Source: Verrucomicrobia bacterium UBA6056
GTDB lineage: Bacteria; Verrucomicrobiota; Kiritimatiellia; SS1-B-03-39; UBA6053
Direction of reading: 5' to 3'
DNA: 64,000 bases
Assembly (NCBI GenBank): GCA_002429005.1
Contig: DIYK01000018.1
Coordinates: 1 to 64,000, forward strand
Shown here one piece after another: positions 28,852 through 43,274 of this stretch (positions are counted from its first letter, which is position 1; every line of letters starts with the position of its first letter). The notes under the pieces are model-generated. The model was not told the DNA's origin. It did no database searches and saw only the letters and a list, made by a program, of their open reading frames with translations. The translations under genes and the position numbers were made by a program.

Positions 28852-28881
28852 GACTATGAACGAAGTTGAAGATCTTCTTCG

Positions 28882-30036
28882 TTAAAGAACCTCAAACTCC
28901 ACAATGCTATCATCTTTTGGAAGTGCCTCACCCGAAGTTCTCATCTCGTCAGCACTGCGCTGCATCACCTCGGCTGCTGACAAATAGCGCAGAGAACGTT
29001 TGCTGAATTTCTCCGGTGCAGCAGGCAGAGCCCGATAGGCTTCACGAATCTCCGAGGAGCGGAACAGCTTGAAACTTCCGCCAGTGATCTCCGCAATTTC
29101 CTGAAGAGGCAAGGCCTGTTTCTCACTCAGTCCCAGAGCCACGGTATTAATTTGTACGCTACCGGGAGGGAGTTCCTTTACCAGAGCCATGGTCCGATCG
29201 ATGGACGTTTTGGACGTACTTCCATCCGTCATAAAGAAAATGACATTGGGTCGCGGGTTGAGTGCCAGAGAATAAGAAAAGGGGTTATACCAATCCGTCC
29301 CCGCAGTCGTGGGGGTTTCATAAATATAGCGTTTCATCGCTTCCAGATTTGTCGAGTTCGCAACGAAATATTTGGGTTCCGGAGCCTTGCGCCCCTCTTT
29401 TACCCAGTAGTGATGAAAGCCCTCATTTTGCCACTCTTGCTTCTGAAGCTCTCCATCCTGTTCCGGACGCCAGACAGGGCCCGAGAAAAACAGTACCGAC
29501 ACCATGGCGGAGTCTCCGATTTTCGAAATCGCAGAATAAAGTTCATGCTTCATCACCCCAAGCTGATCAGGCTTCATGGATTTGGAATAATCAATGATAA
29601 AGGCAATGCGGGAACCTGAGGCTTTTTGCCCCATAAAACTCGTAGCCCCCACGGAGGGTCCCTTCCCGTCCCCCCCCATAGAAACGGATGAAACCAGATG
29701 GGCCAACGAAACCGGAGATACATTTGGGCTCAGCACCTGATCGACCTGATCTAATGCGGAGCTGATATCCCCCGCATAGTCCGATGAAAATTCCATGTTG
29801 GAGAGCTGAGAAAACTCCTTGGCCTTCACTGGATCATCCGGGATAATGTCCACCTTTAACTCTTCAATGGGAAGCTGCTCGGTCGCCTCGATCACTTTCA
29901 CCTGATAATTCAGTTCACGCTCATCACCCGTCATGGTCAGGAAGAAAAGCAAAGCGACCAGTAACATGCCATTCAGGAATAACGAGAGCAGCACGGAGGT
30001 GGAGTGGGCTCGGTGGAGTTGTTTTTGAATTTTCAT
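28882..30036 (-). CDS. N-terminally membrane-anchored von Willebrand factor A (vWA) domain protein
   Basis: N-terminal anchor MKIQKQLHRAHSTSVLLSLFLNGMLLVALLFF. vWA MIDAS 'AFIIDYSKSM' (DxSxS) and the downstream vWA pattern (…VSVLFFSG…FFMTDG…). Confidence 0.65.
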   Translation of the reverse strand: MKIQKQLHRAHSTSVLLSLFLNGMLLVALLFFLTMTGDERELNYQVKVIEATEQLPIEELKVDIIPDDPVKAKEFSQLSNMEFSSDYAGDISSALDQVDQVLSPNVSPVSLAHLVSSVSMGGDGKGPSVGATSFMGQKASGSRIAFIIDYSKSMKPDQLGVMKHELYSAISKIGDSAMVSVLFFSGPVWRPEQDGELQKQEWQNEGFHHYWVKEGRKAPEPKYFVANSTNLEAMKRYIYETPTTAGTDWYNPFSYSLALNPRPNVIFFMTDGSTSKTSIDRTMALVKELPPGSVQINTVALGLSEKQALPLQEIAEITGGSFKLFRSSEIREAYRALPAAPEKFSKRSLRYLSAAEVMQRSADEMRTSGEALPKDDSIVEFEVL

Positions 30037-30230
30037 CGTATTGAGTAGGGGCTCGTATCGCTATGTATCTAGCAGTAGGAACCATACACGTTGCTTCTGC
30101 TGGCGTTTAGCTGATTAAACGCCGAACCTGCACCCGGGGTTCAGATGTAAACCCGATTTTCTCACTCCTTACTCTCACAGCATGAAGACCTGCCAGCCAC
30201 ATGTCCTGCCAAGAGGAGCTGATGTCCAAT

Positions 30231-30262
30231 CAAAAAAAAAACTCCAGAGTATCCTGGAGTTT
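30231..30262 (-). terminator. rho-independent terminator of tRNA-Leu
   Basis: Read on the minus strand: AACTCCAGG-atac-TCTGGAGTT followed by T9. Confidence 0.5.
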
Positions 30263-30269
30263 TGAAAAA

Positions 30270-30355
30270 TGGTGCTCGAGGTGGGAGTCGAACCCACACG
30301 CCCTTGCGGGCACCAGCCCCTCAAGCTGGCGTGTCTGCCATTCCACCACCCGAGC
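30270..30355 (-). tRNA. tRNA-Leu (anticodon GAG), 86 nt with a long variable arm and an encoded CCA
   Basis: Reverse complement reads GCTCGGG-TG-GTGGAATGGCAGACAC-GCCAGCTTGAGGGGCTGG-TGCCCGCAAGGGCGTGT-GGGTTCGACTCCCACC-CTCGAGC-A-CCA. It has a 7-bp acceptor stem, a T-loop GGTTCGA, and anticodon loop TTGAGGG (GAG). Confidence 0.9.
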
Positions 30356-30458
30356 AGTTGGATTGGGTTGAGGAACATAGCGACCTCTACGCCAACGGGC
30401 AAGTCCAAAATCACAGTAGTTCAGTTCCCCCTCTTTCTGCTTTTCAGGATGAACGGCT

Positions 30459-32678
30459 TTGCTAGGGAGAGAGGCTCTCAGGATGTGCAGCTTCATTGGG
30501 AAGCCGCTCCTCCTGCTTCATCTCCGCATTTCCAACTCCGCATTCCGCACTTTTATGCATCCTTACCAAGACTCCTCCCAGCCGCTTGAAGCCCGTATAG
30601 ACGATTTGATTTCCCGCATGACTCCGCTGGAAAAGATGAAACAGCTTCACTACCAGGCCCCCGCCATTGAGCATTTAGGTGTGCCGGCCTACAACTGGTG
30701 GAACGAATGTCTTCACGGTGTGGCCCGAAACGGAAAAGCCACCGTTTTCCCTCAGGCCATCAATTTGGCCGCAAGTTTTGACCCCGATCTCGTCCGGGAT
30801 ACCTTCCGTGCCATCGCCTTCGAAGCACGGGCGAAATACGCTCAATCTGTCCTGGCAGGACAACGTGGACAGTATCGAGGCCTCACCTTCTGGACCCCGA
30901 ACATCAATATCTTCCGCGATCCTCGCTGGGGACGGGGTCAGGAAACCTATGGTGAATGCCCCATGCTGATGTCTCGGATGGGTATGGCCGTGGTAACGGG
31001 CCTGCAGGGAGAAGATCCCGAGAAACTGCTAACCGCCGCCTGCGCAAAGCATTTTGCCGTCCATTCCGGTCCCGAAGAAAAGCGCCACGTGTTTGATGCC
31101 CGTCCCACCGAACAGGATTTCCGGGAAACCTATCTGCCCGCCTTCCAGGCACTGGTTGAAGGCGGCGTCGAAACGGTCATGGGTGCCTACAACCGGGTAT
31201 ATGGAGAGCCTGCCTGTGGTTCAGAATTGCTGCTTAAGACCTTGCTGCGGGAAGAATGGAACTTCGAAGGCCATGTCGTTTCCGACTGCTGGGCCATTCG
31301 GGACTTTCATGAGCATCATAAAGTAACTCCGAATACGGCAGAGTCCGCAGCCATGGCATTGAAAAACGGCTGTGACCTCAACTGTGGCTGTGTGTACGAA
31401 GAACTTCCTGTTGCCCTCGAAGAAGGACTGATTGAAGAAGCAGATCTGGACCGTTCCCTGCGCCGCTTGTTGCGCACCCGCTTCCGTCTGGGCATGTTCG
31501 ATGAAAGCGAAGAAGATCTGAAATCCATGGCCGAATGCTGCGAAGTCGCCGGTCCTGAAAATGCCGAACAGGCACTCGAGGCGGCCCGCTCTTCTGTGGT
31601 GTTGCTGAAGAACGAAAACAAGCTCCTGCCCTTACCCGCCAACGGATCCAACTACTATGTGTGCGGCCCCTTCGCCAGCAGCCTCGAAGTTCTGCTGGGC
31701 AATTATTTCGGCATGAATGGTCACCTCACCACCGTGCTCGAGGGAGTCAGCGGTTTGGTGGGTGCAGATACCAATATCGAATACCACCCAGCCTTCCTCG
31801 CCGACCGCGAAAAACCCAACAAAATCGATTGGGGGCTTGGACCCGCAAACGGTCGGAATGCCGTCATTGCCGTGTGCGGCATTGATCCGCTGATGGAAGG
31901 GGAAGAAGGCGATGCCCTGCTCTCTGATTATGCCGGAGACCGCCGTAGTGTGGAATTACCTGCCGCACAGAAAGAATATCTGTTGCGCGTGGCCGAACAT
32001 TCTGACTCTCCGCTGGTCCTGGTGGTCTGTGGGGGCGCAGCCGTCAGCCTGGGCGAGCTCGCAGACAAAGCCGCAGCCATCGTCTGGATCGGATATCCTG
32101 GACAGGCTGGAGGTCAGGCGGTGGCGGAAGTGCTCTTCGGTGAAGTCAATCCCGCCGGGCGCCTCCCCTTCACGGTTCCCGCTGGCGATGCCCAGCTTCC
32201 CGATTACGAAGATTACAGCATGACCGGCCGCACCTACCGCTTCCTCGAAGAGGAACCGGAATTTCCCTTCGGATTCGGACTCAGTTACAGCGGCTTCCGT
32301 TACGAAGCCTTGCAACTCAATAAAGCCGAACTTCCAGCAGGTGAAGATCTCGAAGTCGAAGTCACCGTAGTTAACGACTCCGAAATCGATGGGGATGAAG
32401 TCGTACAGCTCTATATCCGTGACGAAGACTCCAGTGTGCGAACTCCTGTCTGCCAGTTGGTGGATTTCGCCCGAATCAGCGTACCTGCAGGAACCCGGGC
32501 CAGCATCACTCTGAACGTTCCCGCTCAGTGGATGCAGGTGACACATGAGGATGGAAGCCGTCACTTCGAAGCGGGAAGCTTCAAGGTATTTGCCGGTGGC
32601 AGTTCTCCCGGAAGCCGTAGTCAGGCCCTGGGCGCTTCCGATATGTTGGATGCACATTTTGAACTCACTCTGTCCTGA
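30459..32678 (+). CDS. glycoside hydrolase family 3 beta-glucosidase/beta-xylosidase-like enzyme (BglX-like), apparently without a signal peptide
   Basis: GH3 N- and C-terminal domain motifs (…KMKQLHYQAP…, …WGRGQETYGECP…, …VVSDCWAIRDFHEHH…) plus a fibronectin-III-like C-terminal domain. The true start may be the ATG near 30555 (MHPYQDSS…). Confidence 0.85.
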   Translation: MLGREALRMCSFIGKPLLLLHLRISNSAFRTFMHPYQDSSQPLEARIDDLISRMTPLEKMKQLHYQAPAIEHLGVPAYNWWNECLHGVARNGKATVFPQAINLAASFDPDLVRDTFRAIAFEARAKYAQSVLAGQRGQYRGLTFWTPNINIFRDPRWGRGQETYGECPMLMSRMGMAVVTGLQGEDPEKLLTAACAKHFAVHSGPEEKRHVFDARPTEQDFRETYLPAFQALVEGGVETVMGAYNRVYGEPACGSELLLKTLLREEWNFEGHVVSDCWAIRDFHEHHKVTPNTAESAAMALKNGCDLNCGCVYEELPVALEEGLIEEADLDRSLRRLLRTRFRLGMFDESEEDLKSMAECCEVAGPENAEQALEAARSSVVLLKNENKLLPLPANGSNYYVCGPFASSLEVLLGNYFGMNGHLTTVLEGVSGLVGADTNIEYHPAFLADREKPNKIDWGLGPANGRNAVIAVCGIDPLMEGEEGDALLSDYAGDRRSVELPAAQKEYLLRVAEHSDSPLVLVVCGGAAVSLGELADKAAAIVWIGYPGQAGGQAVAEVLFGEVNPAGRLPFTVPAGDAQLPDYEDYSMTGRTYRFLEEEPEFPFGFGLSYSGFRYEALQLNKAELPAGEDLEVEVTVVNDSEIDGDEVVQLYIRDEDSSVRTPVCQLVDFARISVPAGTRASITLNVPAQWMQVTHEDGSRHFEAGSFKVFAGGSSPGSRSQALGASDMLDAHFELTLS

Positions 32679-32700
32679 TTCCAGGTAACTGGAATGCAAT

Positions 32701-32733
32701 ACACCCCATCAACCTGATGGGGTGTTTTTTTTT
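32701..32733 (+). terminator. rho-independent terminator after the GH3 gene
   Basis: ACACCCCAT-caacctg-ATGGGGTGT followed by T9. Confidence 0.6.
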
Positions 32734-32776
32734 ACCGGACCGGGAGATGCACATGGGGTTCTTCGGGTCTCCATGA

Positions 32777-33688
32777 TCAACTTAAGCTCACCAGGAGCAT
32801 GGTCAGCCCCACCGCGACCAGCCCTGCCAAGCTGGAGCGACGGCTGGGAACCGTGCCATCAAACATCCAGGCCACCGGCATCATCAAGACCGGTAACGAG
32901 GCCAGTACCGCTTGCACCAGTCCCGCGGGGCTTCCCGCAAAGGCGAGCATCAGAAAATAGATGCCTACGACCGGGCCCAGACTCGCGGAGAGCATTAACC
33001 AACCCAGCGGATGTCCCTTCACCCGCTTGTCTTGTAGGAGCTCCGTAGGCCGTGCTAGAGGCTGCTTGCCCAGAAACTGCAGGATTAACATCCATAGCAG
33101 GATACTCGCCCAGCCTCCCCCGACCCGCAGCAGGGTCGGCACCCAGCCGCCCAGATCCAAACCTGCTGCCTCCACTTGAGCAAAACCCACCCGACTGACC
33201 GTGCCAGCCAGGCCCTGCCCTAAGGCAGCAAAAATACCCGCAAGAATGCCCGTCCGCAATTCAGCCGCACTTAAATGCTGACGTTCCCGGGGAGCCACTG
33301 CGAAGGCGACGGAGAGCAATACGCCACCCGCACAAAGTAGTTGTGGCAGCGACACGGTGGTTCCCAGAATGAGCCATTCCGAAAGCAACGCAGTCGGCGG
33401 GGCGAGCGTGCCCACCATCAATACCCCCAAACGAGGCCCCAGACGGCGGTAGACCGCGAACAAGCCCACATCCCCGACACAGAGATGCAAAAATCCGGAG
33501 AGCACAAAGAAACCAAATCCTTCTGCCCAACCCAATTCCTTACGCAGCGCGACAATCACCAGCAGGAGGGAAAAGGAAACCGTAAGACGCAATGCGTTCC
33601 CCGGCAAAGCCCCAAAATGTCGGGCCAACCTGGAAGAGCCAAAGCCCGCAAAAGCCCAACAGAGGGCCGTTAAAAAAGCAAATCCCAT
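32777..33688 (-). CDS. EamA/DMT-superfamily transporter
   Basis: About 10 TM helices in two EamA-like halves, 303 aa. Confidence 0.7.
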   Translation of the reverse strand: MGFAFLTALCWAFAGFGSSRLARHFGALPGNALRLTVSFSLLLVIVALRKELGWAEGFGFFVLSGFLHLCVGDVGLFAVYRRLGPRLGVLMVGTLAPPTALLSEWLILGTTVSLPQLLCAGGVLLSVAFAVAPRERQHLSAAELRTGILAGIFAALGQGLAGTVSRVGFAQVEAAGLDLGGWVPTLLRVGGGWASILLWMLILQFLGKQPLARPTELLQDKRVKGHPLGWLMLSASLGPVVGIYFLMLAFAGSPAGLVQAVLASLPVLMMPVAWMFDGTVPSRRSSLAGLVAVGLTMLLVSLS

Positions 33689-33740
33689 GCGACGTACTTA
33701 CGCCGCATGGGATAAAAAGGAAATGGATAGTCTCCTAAGC

Positions 33741-34844
33741 TTAGACTCGGCCTTCGATCAAACCCAGAGGCAGGGCTGCAGGTTGTTCCGGCTTGGATTC
33801 CAGAACGATCGCCTGACCGGCATCCGAGCTTTTCTCAAAGGCATGCATGACTTCAAGAGCATGATAAGCGAGTGCCCCGCTACAGCGTTGTGGGCGCTCC
33901 GGATCGAGAATGCACATGGCCATGTCGGCGGCACCAATGCTGCGCATGTTGCCGGCATAAGGATGGCTGAAGGCCTGCTCCCGCCATTCACGTTCTGTCG
34001 GAGTCCAAAGCTCCACCGGACCCCCAAAGGTATTCGGGTCGGGAACGGCCAAAGAGCCGTCCGTACCATAGAGTTCAATGGGACTGTGTTTATGACGATA
34101 CACATCGAAGGAGATGTTCATCGAAATCAACGCACCGGAATGGAATTCCAGCACCCCGGCATTGTGCGTAGGCACATGCACGGGCAGTTCCTGACCAAAG
34201 GTTTGTTCCCCGGTAGCGATGCGGGTTTCGAAGGCTTTCCCGCAGAAAGCAGAGACCCGTTTCACCGGTCCCAACAGATGGATCAGCGCCGTGATGTAAT
34301 ACGGACCCATATCGAACATGGGGCCACCGCCAATTTCATAGAAAAAGGCAGGATTCGGATGCCAGCTTTCCGGGCCACGGCCCATCATCACTGCGGTACC
34401 CGAGCAGACTTTGCCAATCCAGCCATCATCCACCAGTTTCCGACAGGTCTGCAGTCCCGCACCCAGAAAGGTATCCGGAGCGCAGCCCACCTTAAGACCT
34501 TTTTCTGCCGCCAGATCCAGAACAGCTTTGGCATCCTCCAGCGAGACCGTCAGCGGTTTTTCGCAATGCACATGTTTGCCGGCTTCCAGAGCCTTCAGAC
34601 TCACTTCCGCGTGAACCGCCGGAATGGTGAGGTTGATCACCAAATCAACTTCCGGGTTGGCCAACAGCTCATCTACCGTTTGTGCCACGCAGCCATTTTC
34701 TTCTGCCTTGGCCTTTGCAGCCTCCATATTGAGGTCTGCGCAGGAACGGACTTCCAACACTTCGAAGCGCTTGGCTCCGTTAAAATAGGCCTGCGAAATA
34801 TTCCCGCAGCCAATGATACCGACTCCAATGGTCTGTTTACTCAT
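33741..34844 (-). CDS. Gfo/Idh/MocA-family NAD(P)-dependent oxidoreductase
   Basis: N-terminal 'IGVGIIGCGNISQAY' Rossmann motif, plus the 'EKPL' catalytic region and a C-terminal alpha/beta domain typical of the family. Confidence 0.85.
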   Translation of the reverse strand: MSKQTIGVGIIGCGNISQAYFNGAKRFEVLEVRSCADLNMEAAKAKAEENGCVAQTVDELLANPEVDLVINLTIPAVHAEVSLKALEAGKHVHCEKPLTVSLEDAKAVLDLAAEKGLKVGCAPDTFLGAGLQTCRKLVDDGWIGKVCSGTAVMMGRGPESWHPNPAFFYEIGGGPMFDMGPYYITALIHLLGPVKRVSAFCGKAFETRIATGEQTFGQELPVHVPTHNAGVLEFHSGALISMNISFDVYRHKHSPIELYGTDGSLAVPDPNTFGGPVELWTPTEREWREQAFSHPYAGNMRSIGAADMAMCILDPERPQRCSGALAYHALEVMHAFEKSSDAGQAIVLESKPEQPAALPLGLIEGRV

Positions 34845-34858
34845 GTCCTTGTCTCCGA

Positions 34859-35671
34859 TTACTTGGTTCCAGTGGCAATACCGCTCTGGGTAAGATAGCG
34901 ATAGCTTTCGGCCACAGCCTCTAACATGTCCCCGTCATAGCGGTCCAGTTCCACAGCCACATACTCACAATGGGCGGCAGCTTCCGCAGCGGCTTTCAGA
35001 TCTACCTGACCCTGCCCAGCAGGCAGAAAAGGAGCAGCGTCGCTGACCATAATTTTGCCATCTTCGGTTTCTTTTTCTACAAAGGTTGCCTCTTCTTTCA
35101 CCCGACCATCTTTGAAATGGAGAAAGCGGCCACGGGCACCAATTTCTTTCACAAATTCAGCAGGATCCAATCCCGCCCGGGCCACCCAGAACAGGTCAGC
35201 CTCCCACAATACCGTTTCCGGGGTGCGCTCGAGGAATACCTGGTAGCCCCGTTGCCCTTCCACCTCGACCAGATCCCAGTCGTGGTTGTGATAACCGACC
35301 TGAATCCCTTTACCGGATACGACCTCTGCGGCTTCCGCATAGAGATCTGCAAGTGCTTTCACCCGGTCCAGGCTACTGTAATCTTCTTTAAAATTGGGAG
35401 GGCATCCCGTGATAATGGCTTCGTAGCCCATCAATTCAGCTTCTTCGAGAACCTGATTTTTCTTTTCACCAAGCGGAAGCGCGCCATGACAGGACGGGGC
35501 TTTCAGCCCTAACTCTTTGAACAACGCTGCAGCGGCTTCGGGTGTAGATCCGGGAAACCCGGCGGGTTCAACGTTACCAAAACCAATGTCAGCAACACTG
35601 CGAATCATGGCTTCATAGCCTTCACGGGCCAGGTCGCGCAAGGTATAGAGCTGTAAGGTAATTTCGGGCAT
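34859..35671 (-). CDS. sugar phosphate isomerase/epimerase-family (xylose-isomerase-like TIM barrel) protein
   Basis: 270 aa with a conserved TIM-barrel pattern (…GYEAI…, …HNHDWD…, …LHFKD…), 14 nt downstream of the oxidoreductase gene. Confidence 0.8.
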   Translation of the reverse strand: MPEITLQLYTLRDLAREGYEAMIRSVADIGFGNVEPAGFPGSTPEAAAALFKELGLKAPSCHGALPLGEKKNQVLEEAELMGYEAIITGCPPNFKEDYSSLDRVKALADLYAEAAEVVSGKGIQVGYHNHDWDLVEVEGQRGYQVFLERTPETVLWEADLFWVARAGLDPAEFVKEIGARGRFLHFKDGRVKEEATFVEKETEDGKIMVSDAAPFLPAGQGQVDLKAAAEAAAHCEYVAVELDRYDGDMLEAVAESYRYLTQSGIATGTK

Positions 35672-35783
35672 GGGAATCTCCTGAGGGATGGGGTGGGATA
35701 TGAAAGTGGATCTACTTCACAGCCTTGGTGAATGATCTAAAACAAGGATTAACCTTGTAGTTCATAATGAAAAGAGGAATGAA

Positions 35784-36599
35784 TTGACCAAAACGATGAT
35801 CTCTGACCCTAAAGCCCTAGCTCAGCTCGAATACGTAGGCTATTTTATTTCCGGCCTCGGGGGAGCTCCCAAACCCTATCAGATTAATGAAGGAATCTGG
35901 TATTTAGAGTGGATCTGTGCGGGGGAAGTGTTCCCACCTGAAGGGGGCCCTCCCCGGGGAGTGGGGTGGATTTTCTTACACAGCCCGGGGGATTACACGG
36001 TAAACCGCAGTCCCGAAGATATGCATTACGAATGTGCAACCTTCAGCTTCCGCATCGGCCATACCCGCCAGATTCCAGATCTCCCCAAACGTATTTTCTG
36101 GTCTGAGGAACCGGAGTCTCAACAATTTGCCTCCGGCCTGCTTCGGGATTTCCACGAACGCCAAGCGGATCCCTCTCTTATGGGGCTTTTAGTCATTCAG
36201 CAGCTAGCCTATCGTGCCAGCCTGCAACAACGCAGTGCTCCCAGCAGCCCGCTCCCCTCTGTTGTGCTTGCGGCCATGCGCAGACTCAAACAGGATTTAC
36301 AGAAAACATACCCCCTTAAAGAGTTAGCCGCTGAGCTGGGACTATCTGTACCGCATTTAAGTGCGTTGTTCCGGGAGCATTTGGGGGTCACGCCTCACCA
36401 GATCCGCATCCGGGAGCGTATGAAACGAGCACGCTATCTGCTTTTACGCAGCAATCACCCGGTGAAATGGATTTCCGCAGAAATCGGCTACGGAAACCCT
36501 GAAAATTTTTGCCGGATCTTTCGCAAACATCATAACGAAAGTCCGGGGGAATACCGAGAACGCTATCGCATCCCCGGTCGAATCCCTCATCGTTCGTAA
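35784..36599 (+). CDS. AraC/XylS-family transcriptional regulator
   Basis: N-terminal cupin-like sensing domain and a C-terminal double HTH (…LAAELGLSVPHLSALFREHLGVTPHQIRIRERMKRARYLL…IGYGNPENFCRIFRKHHNESPGEYR). Confidence 0.75.
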   Translation: MTKTMISDPKALAQLEYVGYFISGLGGAPKPYQINEGIWYLEWICAGEVFPPEGGPPRGVGWIFLHSPGDYTVNRSPEDMHYECATFSFRIGHTRQIPDLPKRIFWSEEPESQQFASGLLRDFHERQADPSLMGLLVIQQLAYRASLQQRSAPSSPLPSVVLAAMRRLKQDLQKTYPLKELAAELGLSVPHLSALFREHLGVTPHQIRIRERMKRARYLLLRSNHPVKWISAEIGYGNPENFCRIFRKHHNESPGEYRERYRIPGRIPHRS

Positions 36600-37563
36600 A
36601 TCGGCATCATCCGGTAGTTCAACGCCATCGCCAGCAACGCGGATCCCGTAGAGAAGCTCGCTCCACGCGAACCATTCCATGATCCATTTTCCTGTTGAGT
36701 CGCTTTGAACAATTCCACCGTCTGCCGATTCCACACGCGCCACTCATCCATGTCCCCTTGGAAAAGAGCCTGGGCCATGTAGTAGAAGTGGTAGTAGACG
36801 TAAGAAGAAGAACCATCCCGATTGCTGCGGAGATATTCGAAGATCTTTTTGGAATCTTCTGATTCGTAATCATTGGCCAGACTGAAACTCAGACTGGCAA
36901 TTGCGGTACGGGTAGCGTTTCCGCCACGATTGTTGGTATACCCAATACCGCCATCATCTCCGCGGCAGGTTTTGAAATATTCCAGGCCGCGCTCGAAAGC
37001 TTTTTCAGGAATCTCGAGCCCAGCGTTCTTGGCCGCGAACAAGGCCACCATCTGAGCTCCGGATACCGTACTGTCAGCATCCTTGGATGTAGGGGTGTAA
37101 CGCCACCCGCCCTTAGGATTCTGCTCTTGGGATTTCAGGATCAGATCAATTGCTTTTTTCAGCGGGACAGACACATCCGGCTCACGCAGATGACCGTAGA
37201 GTTCGGCCAGAGCCAGGGTGGCAAAGCCGTGGTTGTACATCGAGTTGCCAATGTAGCCGGTATTCGGATCCTGCTGAGATACGATAAACTCAGCTGCACG
37301 TTTAACGGTATCTTTGTAGGGGCCATAATTGGGGTCTTCTCCGCTGGCCAACAAGGCCAGAGTACAGATACCCACCACGCCAGGCTGACCACCATAATTG
37401 TCGGGCCAGTTCCCAGCTTGAGTCTGTGTAGCTGCCAGGAAGGTCAGACCGGATTTATAGACAAACTCCAAATCCGGAGGCAGGCCTTCACCCACCTGAA
37501 TTCCACTGAGAGGATCCTGCGCAAAGATGGGCAGGATGAGAAACATACACAACCAGCGTTTCA

Positions 37564-37564
<1 letters not shown>
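36587..37564 (-). CDS. secreted prenyltransferase/squalene-oxidase-repeat (alpha/alpha-toroid, terpene-cyclase-like) protein; last gene of the MoxR/BatA operon
   Basis: Cleavable signal peptide (MKRWLCMFLILPIFAQ). Repeated Q-x-x-(D/N)-G-(S/G)-W/F motifs (QENGSWNG, NPKGGWRY, QTQAGNWPD). The C-terminal '…ALNYRMMPIYER' is related to the 'YYRYLP' tails of the three other paralogs. Its start shares the stop codon position of the 1171-aa gene. Confidence 0.6.

Positions 37565-43252
<5,688 letters not shown>

Positions 43253-43274
<22 letters not shown>

Noticed and set aside
30104-30125. Perfect hairpin GGCGTTTA-gctgat-TAAACGCC between the tRNA-Leu terminator and the vWA gene
   Set aside because: It is isolated, has no U-tract or recognisable motif, and could be a 5'-UTR structure, so it is too weak to call a feature.
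30175-30589. Several 60-110-aa ORFs around the tRNA-Leu (for example 30262-30465 and 30269-30589)
   Set aside because: They overlap the tRNA or its terminator, or the GH3 leader, and are artefacts of the GC-rich tRNA sequence.
33687-34898. 403-aa plus-strand ORF covering the Gfo/Idh/MocA gene
   Set aside because: It is antisense to a gene with clear family motifs and has no motif of its own. This is a typical high-GC shadow ORF.
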